Source: Azolla caroliniana
Taxonomy: Eukaryota; Plantae; Polypodiophyta
Assembly (NCBI GenBank): GCA_043228905.1
Contig: JBHGNT010000015.1
Coordinates: 18,662,001-18,726,000 of the forward strand
Direction of reading: 5' to 3'
DNA length: 64,000 bases
The notes under the pieces: generated by a model
The model's database searches: none
Told to the model about the DNA's origin: nothing
What the model saw: only the letters and a program-made list of their open reading frames with translations
Shown: in pieces, positions 1 to 12,576 of the stretch
How positions within the stretch are numbered: the first letter of the stretch is position 1
Layout of the letters: each line of letters starts with the position of its first letter
Position numbers and translations under genes: made by a program

Positions 1-201
1 TGACAACAATATTTATGCTCATTTTAAATTGGAACTACAATAGCACTAGATCAATCAAGTGTCTCAACCCTCCCGATGTTTAACAACAAAACATAAACTA
101 TAATATGTATTATCTTGTTAAATTGTATTGTCTCAATGACTTTGTTGGAAACATTGAATATTGCACAAAAAATGTATGTTCATTATCTATTTATAAGACT
201 T

Positions 202-498
202 TGTTGAGAATCAAGCTCAACTTGGTCTAGTGTGTGAACTCACCTTGAGAGTGAAGAGACACTCCAACGGTCAAGAGTCACCATTATGTCACCACTTTGT
301 ATTCTAACATTAAGTATGAGTCATAGAATCATATTCTATGACACATAACTTATGAGCTTTCACATTCCCCATGCTCCATGAGGCTTGTAGTTAATGAAGA
401 GAGAGGGTGACTACATAAAGCACCCTCCTCCCACCTTGTATAATGTTGCGTCTTTCTCCTTAAATGTCAATATATCTTTTACATTGCGTATTCCTTGA

Positions 499-536
<38 letters not shown>

Positions 537-592
537 CACACACAGTTCACACCTATTCCACTTCACAAGAATCCATCTCTTGATTCTTTACA
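202..592 (+). repeat. 5' LTR of Copia-1
   Basis: TG...CA termini, internal (CT)n tract, PBS immediately downstream. The left edge is inferred from TGTTG only. Confidence 0.7.
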
Positions 593-757
593 TGGCATCA
601 GAGTGATTTGGTAGCTCGATCTAGCCCATTCACCTCATCGTGATCATGTGTTGTGCTCCACGTCGACGACCAAGAACTGGCTCATCGCTATCGTAGTTTC
701 GCTACATAGCTCGCATTCAAAGAGAGAAGAACAAGAACAAGAACAAGAATCGACATA

Positions 758-3700
758 ATGAATACTCAAATGGGGAGCGCTCTCCCTACCGAGAAGTTGG
801 ATCGAAACAACTTCGCATCTTGGGAGTACAAGATGCACCAATACCTTGTCGGACAAGGCTATTGGAGTTACATCAAAGGAGCGCATGAAGACCGACCCGC
901 CGAAGCGGCTCCTGGATACGTGACATGGGAGCAAGCCGCAAGCCGCGTGATGTATTGTTTGGCGACATGTGTTCACAACCACATGCTCGGTTACATTCGA
1001 GAAGCCAAGACGCCGAAGGAAGCGTGGGAAACTCTACGAAAGATTTTCGCCGCCAACACGACCGCGAGGAAGCTTCAACTCCGCCAAGAGTTGAACAACA
1101 TTCAACAAAGGGATATGTCCATCACGACATACACCTTGAAGAGCAAGGAGCTTTGCGACTCGCTCGGCTCAATAAGCGTAAGTATAGATGATGATGAGAT
1201 GGTGCAAATATGCCTCGGCGGCCTCGCACCACGGTTCGGCGCGATGCGAACCGCCGTTCTAGCACGGGAGAAATCTCCCTCCTTCTTCGAGCTCCAATCA
1301 ATGCTATTGGTTGAAGAAAACCACGTGCGTACAAGGAGCAATGAGTCGGAAGGCCACATGCTCTACACGCACTCTAATGGAGGAAGAGGACGCGGACGAG
1401 CGAGAGGCGGATTCGGCCAAGGACAAGGCGGACGAGGACCGACCTACGACAACAACTCCCAATTTCGGCCGCAAAACGGAGGCCAACAATGAACCTTCAC
1501 AAGAAGGGGGAGCTTCCACTCCGGCCCGAGCCATCAAAACGCAACCGAATGCGGATATTGCGGAAAGCTCGGCCACCACGAAGAAGAGTGCCGAAAGAAG
1601 ATGCGTGAATCGGCTTCCACAAGCCGACAACTCACGAATTACGCGCACAATTCCGACTACGAAGAGTATAGCGGAATGTATGGGCACAACTCTGACTACG
1701 AGGATCGTGGCGGAATGTACGCATACAACTCCGACCGTGGCGGAATGTTCATGATGAAACATAGAGCAAAGTCTATGTCGGCCTCTACCTCAACTAGTGC
1801 CCTCAATCCGGAGGACGTATGGTTTGTTGACTCTGGAGCCTCAAACCATATGACATCCCACAAAGAATGGTTTCTCGAACTTCGAGAGCCGGAGCGACCC
1901 GGTTATGTTGAAACCAGAGATGACACTACGCACCCGATTCGGCACATCGGCAACGTTCCGTTCGGCGAAAGAGGTAAGCAAACATACATTAAAAATGTCT
2001 TGCATGTACCCACCATCACAAAGAATTTGGTCTCGGTCGGCCAAATGGTTGAGCAAGGGATGCAAGTACGATTCGACCAAGAAGGGTGCTTCATCGAAAA
2101 AGAAGGCCGAATCATCGCACGTGGAAGAAGAGAGGGCCGGATGTTCATTCTCGATTCTCACGAGATGAAATCCGCCATGTTCGCGAAAAGCACGAAAGCC
2201 GACTCCAACATAGAGCTATGGCATAAGCGAATCGGCCACATCAATCTCAACAAACTCAAAGCAATGAAATCGAAAGGAGTCGTCATCGGACTCCCGACAT
2301 TCAAAGAGAAAGAGATTGAAGGTGTATGCGAAGCGTGCCAATTCGGCAAGCAACACCGACACCCATTTCCGAAGGAGTGGAATGTGAGCAAAGGCGTACT
2401 CGACGTAATTCATTCCGATGTATAGGGTCCGGCTCAAACGGCGACATTCGGCGGATGCTGCTATTACGTGCTCTTCATCGACGACTTTTCTAGGCACACT
2501 TGGATCTACCCGATGCAGCACAAGAGCAAAGTGTTTGGACACTTCCAAAAGTTCAAGAATGAAGTCGAGAAAGCCATGGGCCGACATGTACGATGCCTTC
2601 GATTGGATGGCGGCAAGGAGTACTTCTCGAACGATTTCACGGCGTATCTCCGAAAGGAAGGAATTTGGCGAGAATTCACTTGCCGACACACTCCGCAACA
2701 AAACGGAGTATCCGAGTGCAAAAATCGGCACATCCTTGAAGTAGCACGGGCCATGATGAACGAGAAGCATATGCCCAAGTCATATTGGGCCGAAGCGGCA
2801 AATACGGTCGTCTACCTAATGAACCAGTGCACAACATCCGGCGTGCACGAGGTCACTCCGCACGAAAGATTCTTCGGAAAGAAGCCGAATCTATCACATG
2901 TTCGGATATTCGGCTCCATTGCATACGTCCACATCCCCGACGAGAAGCGCCAAAAGCTCGACCCGAAGTCGGAGAAATGTATCCTCGTAGGATACTCACT
3001 GGAGCAAAAGGGGTACAAGTGCTACAACCCCTCAACTCGAAAATCTCGAGTAAGTCGAGACATCGTCTTTGACGAGTCCGCATCCTGGTACGCACCAGAG
3101 ACAACTCCGACTCCGACTCCACTCGACCTAGAATCCGTTGAACAAGAGATAGAGGATGGAGATCATTCTACGGGCATGTTCGAAGAAAGTCTGATCACGA
3201 CCTTGACTGAGCAGACCACAAGAGCCTTTGAGCGATCAAAGCACATCACGGCCTAGCCCGAAGATGGACAAAGGCAAGGCGAAAATGACGGAATACGAAG
3301 ACGATCGCTTCACCGACGATGAGTCAACTCACTCACTCGACAATGAGTTCGACGGTTTCGAGGTACCAATCGGAGCAAAGAAAGCCCTCGTCTCTGCAAA
3401 TGAAAAGCTTCGCCGATCCACTCGTGAAAAGAACCCCATAAGTCGATTCGGCTACAACGATTACATGGTGTACCATTACGCCTTTATGATGAAGGTAGCG
3501 ACAGTACAGGAGCCGGAAACCTTTTCCGAAGCCGCAAAGGACCCGCGATAGATCGAAGCAATGAACAATGAGATGCAAGCACTACGAAAGAACGAGATAT
3601 GGGATCTCGTTCCCACCTCACCGCACAAAAAGGCGATCAGATGCAAATGGATCTACAAAGTGAAGTACAACGCAGACGGTTCTGTCAACCGCTACAAAGC

Positions 3701-4835
3701 TCGACTCGTAGCGAAAGGATACGCTCAGACACATGGCATCGACTACGAAAAAACCTTTGCCCCGGTGGCAAAGATGACGACGGTGCAGACCGTAATTGCG
3801 ATTGCTACGACGAAAGGGTGGCACCTCCATCAAATGGACGTCAAGAACGCCTTTCTACAAGGTGAATTAGAAGAGGAGGTGTACATAATCCAACCACCCG
3901 GCTTCAACTCGACCACCTATCCGAAAGCCATATGCCGACTCAAGAAGCCACTCTACGGCCTCAAGCAAGCACCGCGTGCTTGGCATTCGAAGATAACGCA
4001 ATATCTTCATCAAATCGGCTTCCGTATGTCAAAATCGGACAACTCCCTCTACATACGAAGCGATTCCTCAAGTCCGATCGTCATCATCTTATATGTGGAT
4101 GACCTAGTCATTGGAGGTGAGCATCTCGTCGAAATCAATAAAGTCAAATCCCTCCTTTCCGACAAGTTCGAGATGACGGACATGAAGGAGCTCCACTACT
4201 TCCTCGGCATCGAGGTAATTCGGACTCCGGCCGGAATCATGATCTCTCAACGGCACTACATCCTCAACTTGTTATACAAGTTCGGGATGGCTCAGTGCAA
4301 ATCCGTGGCAACCCCGCTCGATCATAATCTCAAACTAGATGCGAACTCCGGCACCAAAGCGTGTGAGCCGACTCAGTATCGGCAACTCATCGGGAGTCTC
4401 ATCTACCTCACGATCACACGACCTGATCTCAGTTATCCGGTCGGTCTCCTTAGCCAATTCATGCAAACACCGCGTGATACTCACTTGGATTGCGCTAGTC
4501 GAGTTCTACGATACGTGAGCGGCACAATGGATTGCGGCATCCTCTACAAGACCGCAATGCCAATACGACTCAAGGGGTACACAGACGCTAATTGGGCCGG
4601 CTACAAAGCCGATAGAAGATCAACCTCCGGATTTGTTTTCTCCCTCGGCAGCGGAGCAATATCTTGGAGTAGCAAGAAGCAGCCTACCGTCTCTCTTTCG
4701 AGTACAGAGGCGGAATACAGGGGCGTAGCCGTAGCTGCGTGTGAAGCCGTATGGCTCAAGAGGATTTTGAAGGATCTGGGCGTACCCATCAAGGATCCTA
4801 CTTCCCTTTACTGCGACAACATGAGCAGTATCCAT
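758..4835 (+). pseudogene. Copia-1 gag-pol, disrupted
   Basis: Gag, CCHC knuckle CGYCGKLGHHEEEC, protease WFVDSGAS, HHCC (WHKRIGH...CEAC), integrase RLDGGKEY, RT YVDD, RNase H TDANW. In-frame stops at 1490, 2423 and 3549, and a frameshift near 3210. Confidence 0.93.
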
Positions 4836-5544
4836 GAAATTTATGTGGTTGTGGAGTTATAATCATTCATGCCTATAAAGACCCAACCATTTTCTACAAC
4901 TCAAGCTTCAAGAGACCATGACGATGACAACCACAATGATATTGCCACAAGAATTTCTCTGAATATAGTATAAATTACATGAGCATTTTGGGTTCCCAGC
5001 ACTGGATTTTTAGAGCTTTAGAGAAATACCTACTTGCGTACAGAAAACAAGGGTATTGTAGAACAATGCAATTCTTGGCATTGTACTATTCACAAGTATT
5101 CAACATGAATCCATAACCAAATGCATTCTTCTTTCCCTCTCTTCTTTTGTTTGGAAAGAAAAGAATTATGCCCTTTTTTATAGAAAAAAGAGCATATGTG
5201 ATTGTCCAGCATAGTATAACTTATACGTGTGGTGGTCTCGAACAATTTCAAGAGCCATAGGCATAAAGACAAAACAAACCAGGATTATTGTCGAAAGATG
5301 TAATGCTTGACATTGCACTCATGGCTTCATATAGCATGTGTCATTATGGCATTCCCAATTAATGACACGTTTTAGCATCGATGACTGTGACATGACATTT
5401 ATGACATGTGCTTAGTTATTTTCTGGTGGATTAGTTACTGCACACTCCTAAGTCTGAAGGCTGTCCTTTTTCCTTTATTAACTTAGAGAATGCTTTGCAT
5501 CCATCCAAGAAGAAAGCAAATACAAATTTCTCCACTGTATGCAC

Positions 5545-8500
5545 TTATTTCCAAGTAACATACTTGAGCCTCATAGCTTCAACATTTTTGGCATCCTTTT
5601 GCATGCCAAAAGATACAAAAATGTTACCCATAAGAATATAAGCCGCACTGCAACCATTATCTACTTCAATGGCCCGGCTGAAAGCCAATCTTCCAATTCT
5701 TAGGTTTCCCCATTTTCTACAAGAACCCAATAGTGAGAGCCACATTGCAAGCTCATCATCACAAGAAGGCATCACATCAATCACTGACATTGCCTTATCA
5801 AAGTATCCCGCACATCCAAAAATCGACACCATGCAAGTATGATGCTCTAAGTTTGGAGAAATGTCATACTTCCTAGTCATAATTCCAAAAAGAAATTCAG
5901 ACAACTCCAACAGCCCAGAGTGGCTACACGACCGAAGAGCAGAGAGAAATGTAACCTCATTTGGAGAGAGACCTTCCTTTTGCATCTCTACCAAGCAATT
6001 TATAGCTTCATATCCTTGCCCTTGTTGGGCATATCCAGCAATAAGTGTATTCCACGATATCACATTTCGAATAGGAAGCAATTCAAGAACTTGTTTTGAT
6101 TTTGTAAGCACACCACACTTGGCATACATATCCACCAATACATTTCCGAGCATGATATCCTTGTCAAGCAAGCCCCGACATACAATCTCATTGTGGATGT
6201 CTTTACCTTTGTCTATAGCTCCTATACTTCCACAAGCTTTCAAGATGCAAATGAAGGTAACTTCATTTGGAGAGATGCCTTTTCCTAGCATCCATTCAAA
6301 ACAATTCAATGTTTTATGACCTTGTCCTCGTTGAGCATACCCAGCCATTAATGTAGACCAAGATATTACATCTGAAATCGAAAGACACTCAAGCACTTCA
6401 GCAGCTTTCATGTGGTGGTCACATTTAGTATACATATCTATCAAGGCATTTCCTAGTATAACATTCTTTGGATCCATCAAGCCCCTCCTCACAACCTCGT
6501 CATGAATTTGGTTGCCCTTGTCAATTGCTCCTATGCTGCCACAAGCCTTCAAAATGCAAACAAAGGTGATGGTATTTGGAGAGATACCCTCACTTTGCAT
6601 GTTCTCGAAACAGCTCAGTGCTTCATTGCCTAACCCTCCTTGAGCATATCCTGTGATTAGTGCATTCCAAGTGATGATATCTCGTGTAGACAGTTCATCA
6701 AACACCTCTTGTGCTTTTGTTAGCAACCCACATTTTGCATACATGTCAACTAAAGCATTACTGAGCACAATATTGTTCTCCAACATCCCATCATTAACAA
6801 TCTGGCCATGAATTTGTTTGCCCTTATCTATATCTCTCATGGCACCACAAGCTTTTAGGATGGAGAGGAAGGTAATAGCATCTGGATAGAAACCCTGCAT
6901 TTGCATCTTCACAAAGCAATTCAACGCTTCATGGCATTGCCCATGCTGAGTGTACCCTGCAATTAATGAATTCCACGAGACTGTATCTTGAATAACTAGC
7001 TCATTGAATGCCTCCTCTGCTCTTATAAACATGCCGGATTTCGCATACAAATCAATCAACACATTGCCAAGCACGATATCTTTCCCCAAGTAACCCCTAT
7101 TTAAAATCATATCATGAATTTGTTTACCCTTGTTAATATAACCTATGCCATTACACGCCTTCAAGATACAAATGAAAGTGACTAAATCTGGAGAGATGTC
7201 CTCGGTTTGCATCCATTCAAAACAATTTAATGCATTGGCATATTCTCCCTTTTGTACATACCCTGAGATTAGTACATTCCAAGAGACGGCATCTCGGGAC
7301 GGAAGCTCTCTGAATACCTTTTGTGCTATTTCTATTTCCCTGCATTTTACATACATATCAACTAAGGTATTGCCAAGCTCAATGTTCTTATCTAGCATAC
7401 CTATGCTTATAATCAGTGTATGCATTTCTTTGCCCTTATTTATAGCTCCTAGGCTGCCACAAGCTTTCAAAATGCATATAAATGTGACTGCATCCGGAGA
7501 CACACCTTCAGTTTGCATCCATTCAAAGCATTCTATTGCTTCATAGCATTGTTCTTGTTGAGAATACCCTCCGATAAGTGCATTCCAAGAGACAACATCT
7601 CGCACCCTAAGCTCTTGGAGCACTTTTCTGGCTTTTGGAAGTGCCCCACATTTGGCATACATATCTACCAAAGCATTTCCAAGCACAATATCCTTCACCA
7701 GCATACCCTTTCTCATGATCTCATCGTGGATTTCTTTCCCTTTGTCAATGTCTTTGACAATCCCACATGCCTTCAAGATACAAATGTATGTCACTGCATC
7801 TGGAGATATGCCCTCACATAGCATTTGTTCAAAACATCTCAATGCTTTATGAGATTGCCCATGTTGTACATACCCTGAAAGCAATGCTGACCAAGAGACT
7901 ACATTCCGAACGGGGAGTCCTTCGAGCACTTGGTATGCTCTCAAAAGCTCCCCGCATTTAGCATACATACCAACCAATGCAGTGCCAACAACAATATCCT
8001 TTTCCATGGTTCCACTATTCACAATCTTGACATGAAGATGTATGCCCTTATTTATTGTACCGATATTTATGCCCTTATTTATATCTTTGTCTATAGCACA
8101 CTTATCTATGATCTTAACTGTGCACTTATCTACTATACCCATATCTATGCTCTTATATAAACCATTACCTATACCCTGATCTATGTACTTATTTATTCTC
8201 TTATTTATGCCATCATGTATAGCACTCTTATCTATTTTCTTATCTATCTCGCTCTTGTCTGTGATATCATCTATTCTCTTATCTATCCCCTTATCCATTA
8301 CATTCTCTGCAAGACCCTTATCGATGCCTTTATCTGTAACACCCTTATCCATGGCCTCATCGACACTTCTATTTACTCTCTTACCAACTCTTTCATCCAT
8401 AACGCCCCTGGTACTACAAGCATTTAAGATGGAAATGAAAGTGACCACATCAGGTGAAATAGCTTCACTTTGCATCCTTTCAAAACAGCTAAGAGCTTCG

Positions 8501-9090
8501 TGTCCTTGCCCATTCTTTGCATACCCAGCAATGAGTGCATTCCAAGCAACCACATTTTGAATATGGAGCTCTTGAATCATTTCTTTCGCTTTATCAAGCT
8601 CACCACATTGCACATACATATCCACCAATCCAGTGCCAAGTATCACATCTTCTCTTAACAAACCACTACACACTATTTCCTCATGGATTTGCTTGCATTT
8701 GTGACGTAAACTTTTGATTTTTCCACATGCCTTTAAGATACAAGTAAAACTAACTGAATCCGGAGTGAACCCATCACGTTGCATGGCTTCAAGGCACTGC
8801 AAAGCTTCATGACCCTGACCTTGTTGAGCGTATAACGATAGTAATGCATTCCAAGAAGATGTGGTTCGGGTGGGAAGCTCCTCAAACACTTGTTGTGCTT
8901 TCGAGAACTCGCCACATTTAGCATACATGCTAATTAACGTGGTAGCTACATAAGGGCATTTTCCAAGCAACCCTTTCTTCACAATCTTCGCATGCAATTT
9001 AATGCCTTTCTGAATGTCTTTCTTCTTGCCACAAGCCTTGAGCAAAGACACAAAGCTAAAGGAACCTTCTATATTGTCCAATATCAACAT
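5545..9090 (-). CDS. PLS-class pentatricopeptide repeat protein with C-terminal E domain, no DYW (putative organellar RNA-editing factor)
   Basis: 1181-aa intronless ORF with about nine P-L-S triplets (VVSWNALIxGY / TFxCILKACG / LGNALVDMYAKCG). It ends with E-type motifs WLSLLGSCRKWGN and AAYILMGNIF. Confidence 0.93.
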   Translation of the reverse strand: MLILDNIEGSFSFVSLLKACGKKKDIQKGIKLHAKIVKKGLLGKCPYVATTLISMYAKCGEFSKAQQVFEELPTRTTSSWNALLSLYAQQGQGHEALQCLEAMQRDGFTPDSVSFTCILKACGKIKSLRHKCKQIHEEIVCSGLLREDVILGTGLVDMYVQCGELDKAKEMIQELHIQNVVAWNALIAGYAKNGQGHEALSCFERMQSEAISPDVVTFISILNACSTRGVMDERVGKRVNRSVDEAMDKGVTDKGIDKGLAENVMDKGIDKRIDDITDKSEIDKKIDKSAIHDGINKRINKYIDQGIGNGLYKSIDMGIVDKCTVKIIDKCAIDKDINKGINIGTINKGIHLHVKIVNSGTMEKDIVVGTALVGMYAKCGELLRAYQVLEGLPVRNVVSWSALLSGYVQHGQSHKALRCFEQMLCEGISPDAVTYICILKACGIVKDIDKGKEIHDEIMRKGMLVKDIVLGNALVDMYAKCGALPKARKVLQELRVRDVVSWNALIGGYSQQEQCYEAIECFEWMQTEGVSPDAVTFICILKACGSLGAINKGKEMHTLIISIGMLDKNIELGNTLVDMYVKCREIEIAQKVFRELPSRDAVSWNVLISGYVQKGEYANALNCFEWMQTEDISPDLVTFICILKACNGIGYINKGKQIHDMILNRGYLGKDIVLGNVLIDLYAKSGMFIRAEEAFNELVIQDTVSWNSLIAGYTQHGQCHEALNCFVKMQMQGFYPDAITFLSILKACGAMRDIDKGKQIHGQIVNDGMLENNIVLSNALVDMYAKCGLLTKAQEVFDELSTRDIITWNALITGYAQGGLGNEALSCFENMQSEGISPNTITFVCILKACGSIGAIDKGNQIHDEVVRRGLMDPKNVILGNALIDMYTKCDHHMKAAEVLECLSISDVISWSTLMAGYAQRGQGHKTLNCFEWMLGKGISPNEVTFICILKACGSIGAIDKGKDIHNEIVCRGLLDKDIMLGNVLVDMYAKCGVLTKSKQVLELLPIRNVISWNTLIAGYAQQGQGYEAINCLVEMQKEGLSPNEVTFLSALRSCSHSGLLELSEFLFGIMTRKYDISPNLEHHTCMVSIFGCAGYFDKAMSVIDVMPSCDDELAMWLSLLGSCRKWGNLRIGRLAFSRAIEVDNGCSAAYILMGNIFVSFGMQKDAKNVEAMRLKYVTWK

Positions 9091-9144
9091 CCTTCTCCAT
9101 TTATTTCCAAAACTTTCCCTGCAACAGTAGCAGGATTACTCTGT

Positions 9145-9191
9145 TTCTTCTTCCTTCTTCTTCTTCTTCTTCTTCTTCTTCTTCTTCTTCT
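9145..9191. repeat. (CTT)n microsatellite upstream of the PPR ORF
   Basis: Direct reading of the CTT run. Confidence 0.9.
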
Positions 9192-12049
9192 GATGCTGCT
9201 GCTGTGCCATTGGCCTCACTTTTCATTATTACCTGAAATGCCCCTCTCTTCACTCTCTTCAAATTTTGTTCTCTCTGAGTGAAAAAATGAGGGGCATTTG
9301 AGGAAACACCCCTTTTTATTATTGTAAATTTGTAATGTGGATGATGTTTTATCATAACATAAATATTTTTCCTTAAGCCAGTGTCTTGGGTTCGAATCAC
9401 ATGTTGCGCAAACAAGTAAAAAAGTTACTCTGCATGCAATATATTGTTCTCCGTTCTCCTATATTTCAAAAAATATCCTTGGCGATTTTAACCAAAAGAC
9501 AAGTCTTGCATTTACAACATATGTTTTTGCAGTTCTGATATATTATTTCCTTTAGATTTGTTATCCCGATCATAGAGAACTCTACGGTCATAGGGTTTGA
9601 ATGCACGACCTTCTAGCCTCTGGACAATGTTACAATAAATAGTTAGTCTTCCTTCATCGGTGATGATCGTACTATTTATTGGAACGCGTGATAACATGGT
9701 TTCAACTTTCCACCCAACGGTCATAAATTTAAGTGAAGATGGTACATAATCTTCGTGTTTGTAGCCAACATTATAATGGTTGCACTCTCCCAAATGTAAG
9801 ATGATCATATGGCTATAGGAGCAAATGACCTCTTAATTTCTACCCAACAATCATAGAATTAAGTGAAGAGTGTGTGAACTAGTACGCGAGGCAAGACATC
9901 TCTACTCTGTTACGTCGTCACGGGGATAGAAGAAATCTCTACTCTATGAGTTTGTTTTATCATCATGGCGAGAGAAGCTCGTAAAGCCCCGTAAAATGGC
10001 TTTCTCACGGTAATCTGTAACAACGGAGAAATTTGCACACTACCTTGTGTTAGCTAAGGAGTCTCTTATAGAACAAATATTGATACTTTCTTATACGTAG
10101 CCTTATGTCAAAGTGAAAGACAATAAGTGAATTTATTTAAGGAGTTTCATGGAGGCATACCACTCCCGAAAGCTATCTATCATGTCTATACATCGAGGGG
10201 AGAGAAGGAAAATTATGTAAACACCATATTGGTTGACTTATTAAAACTTGTTTGCTAACCAATCTTAGGCATTAATCATCCTTCACATCCAAGTCGCAAA
10301 TACCTATATCTTAATCAAATACCAAAATGCAATCAAATGTAGATACACGAGAAATGAAGGATAAGGGAGTCATACGAATTAGTGCATGCATGTTCATGTA
10401 TGGCAAGAGCATCTTAATGGTTAAAAGGGGGTTGCACATGAACGTTGCATACAAGACTCCCTTTGGTGAGGCACAATTCTTATGCAAAGCACAACTCTCC
10501 ATTCCCCCTTATTTCTCTCGCGCATTATGCGGTGATGGAGTACAAGTGGGCAAACATCACAATGTTGATAACATGGGCAAGAGTAGTGTCATGATGTTGT
10601 GTGTGTAAATGGAGGAAAATAAAAAAGGCAAGTGTGTAAAGGTGCGTGACTACGGTTGGAGTGGTCATTCTAAGAGAAGGGGGATGGATATATCAAGGGT
10701 TTTAACCCATTTTAACCCCTTTGAAGGGGAAAGTTGACCTATGATGCATAATTAACCATATAAAAGAATGTGGTAAAACTAAATGTTTGACATGCATTTT
10801 GTCATGGCTACCAGGCTAGGACTCGGGAGCCCATGCAGGGAGAAGGAGAAAGCACACAGAAAAAAAATAGTGGTGCATGTTAAACAAATTGAAATAATGT
10901 CTATTTGACAAAGAGCTCACAAGGGCTATATAATGAGCAAGATAACTTATTATCATATCACAAGTATTGAGAGTCAAAGGCTAAAGTTTAATCGGGATAA
11001 AGAATATTGGGGGCGTGCAGGAGGCCTACAATTTACAAATTTGCAATTATCAAAATACGTCCTTGTCAATCATAGACTCACCATTCCGAACCTTTTATTT
11101 CTTATATTATTTTCACCTACGCACACAAACTTAAATATTGGATAATCATGATTAGATTGGGATAATTTTGCTTGTAATTCACAATATTTATAACTTTCTC
11201 CTTAATTATCTACTGGAAATTTTGACCAATCATAGGATCATGTTTTTAGTCATTTACATAATTAAGCCAAATTCATTGTCCTTTGACTAATCCCTTTGTA
11301 AGGGCTCTCCATGAGAAGAAGTGCATTCTCTCTAGAAATTTATATCGTTATATCGCGAAGGATGAAGTGAGCTATTGGTTGAATTGCTACTAGAAACAAA
11401 ATGTCGAGTAACAATTCAACAAATACCTTGCTCCAGTCTCCAAGACATAGTTGCATTGCAATGGTTGAACATGATTGAAGTCTTACAATGGCTCTCTTGT
11501 GAGTTGAACTTGTATTACTATGTCAATGCGATTGTTTCATGTCCGCCATGGAAGCTACATTTGCAAATTGGTTTCTTAATTGCCTCCTTCACAAAGGGTT
11601 GACACCCTCACACTGACTCTCCGTGAGAGAACATGCTCATTCACTCACGAACCTTGCGACGTGGTTCTCTCATACAAGCTCAAGCGAGCCTCGTCAACAT
11701 TGAAACTACTTGCTTCCAAAACCTAGGCTAAACATTAAGCCTATAGGTCACATAGAAATGTTTAGCCTAGGTTCCATAAGTGGGTACAAATTCGTGCAAT
11801 TTGCTTGCATTCACTTGCTACATTCAAATTAGAGATAAAAAACAAGTTATCCCACATGCACTTTTGCACGTAGGACACATCCACAAAATAAATATCAAAA
11901 GTAGGATATACAATGTACACTTTATAGAGTTGACATTAAGTGCATATATATATACACAAAACTATCTCTCACACACAAACACTCGTATTCACATTTTCTT
12001 GATCGAGCACATACATTCTCAAGCACACTTTTCTCACCCCAATACTCAC

Positions 12050-12576
12050 TAAAACAAGAAAAATCGCACCCATGCACCCATCAAATGTATGATCTTATGG
12101 ACATAGTCCTAAGTGCTTCCATCATAGGTTTTGGGCACACGTATACATGCCATCTCAAACTTTAACCTTTGATAAACTCTAGAGGCAACATACCCAACAT
12201 GGTCTTTGAAGATTCAAGATCTTGGTGGAATTGCTAACATCTTTCACTCATACGCTCAAAATTTGCGGCGATAGTTGTCAATTGCACGTAAGAATAGCAA
12301 GGAATGAACCACTTCATTTATTGAGTCAACCTCTCACACTCACTCTTAACATTTTAAACATGTAACTTTATTTTTGTTTGTTGAGAAGACTTAACCTACT
12401 TTCTTATGGTTGAACCATGAAGTGTGTCTTTTTATATCTCCATGAAGCGAAGTTTGTCAACTTCCATCTTCATGACATGAGATGCATACAAAAGTTTACC
12501 AACATATTCATAAGCTTTTGAGTGCCTTTTGAAATATATGCAAAAAAAATTCTCATCTACACATGATAACAACATT
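12050..12576 (-). pseudogene. Degenerate RTE-like LINE RT, part left of the Copia-2 insertion
   Basis: The minus strand continues the RT across the Copia-2 TSD: EGIEEASIV|NVVIM...TQKLMNMLVNFC. The left boundary is approximate. Confidence 0.55.

Larger units (their letters stand above)
202..4835 (+). mobile_element. Ty1/Copia LTR retrotransposon (Copia-1), 3'-truncated
   Basis: 5' LTR TGTTG...TTACA (202-592) is followed by a tRNA-iMet-type PBS TGGCATCAGAG (593-603) and Copia-order domains (gag, PR, INT, RT, RH). Homology stops in RNase H (CDNMSSIH, ~4835). No 3' LTR seen. Confidence 0.92.

Noticed and set aside
9384-9400. B-box-like GGTTCGAATC (possible SINE)
   Set aside because: No convincing A box, tail or TSD.
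9101-9415. 104-aa ORF with poly-Glu
   Set aside because: Product of the (GAA)n microsatellite, no recognisable domain, not in frame with the PPR ORF.
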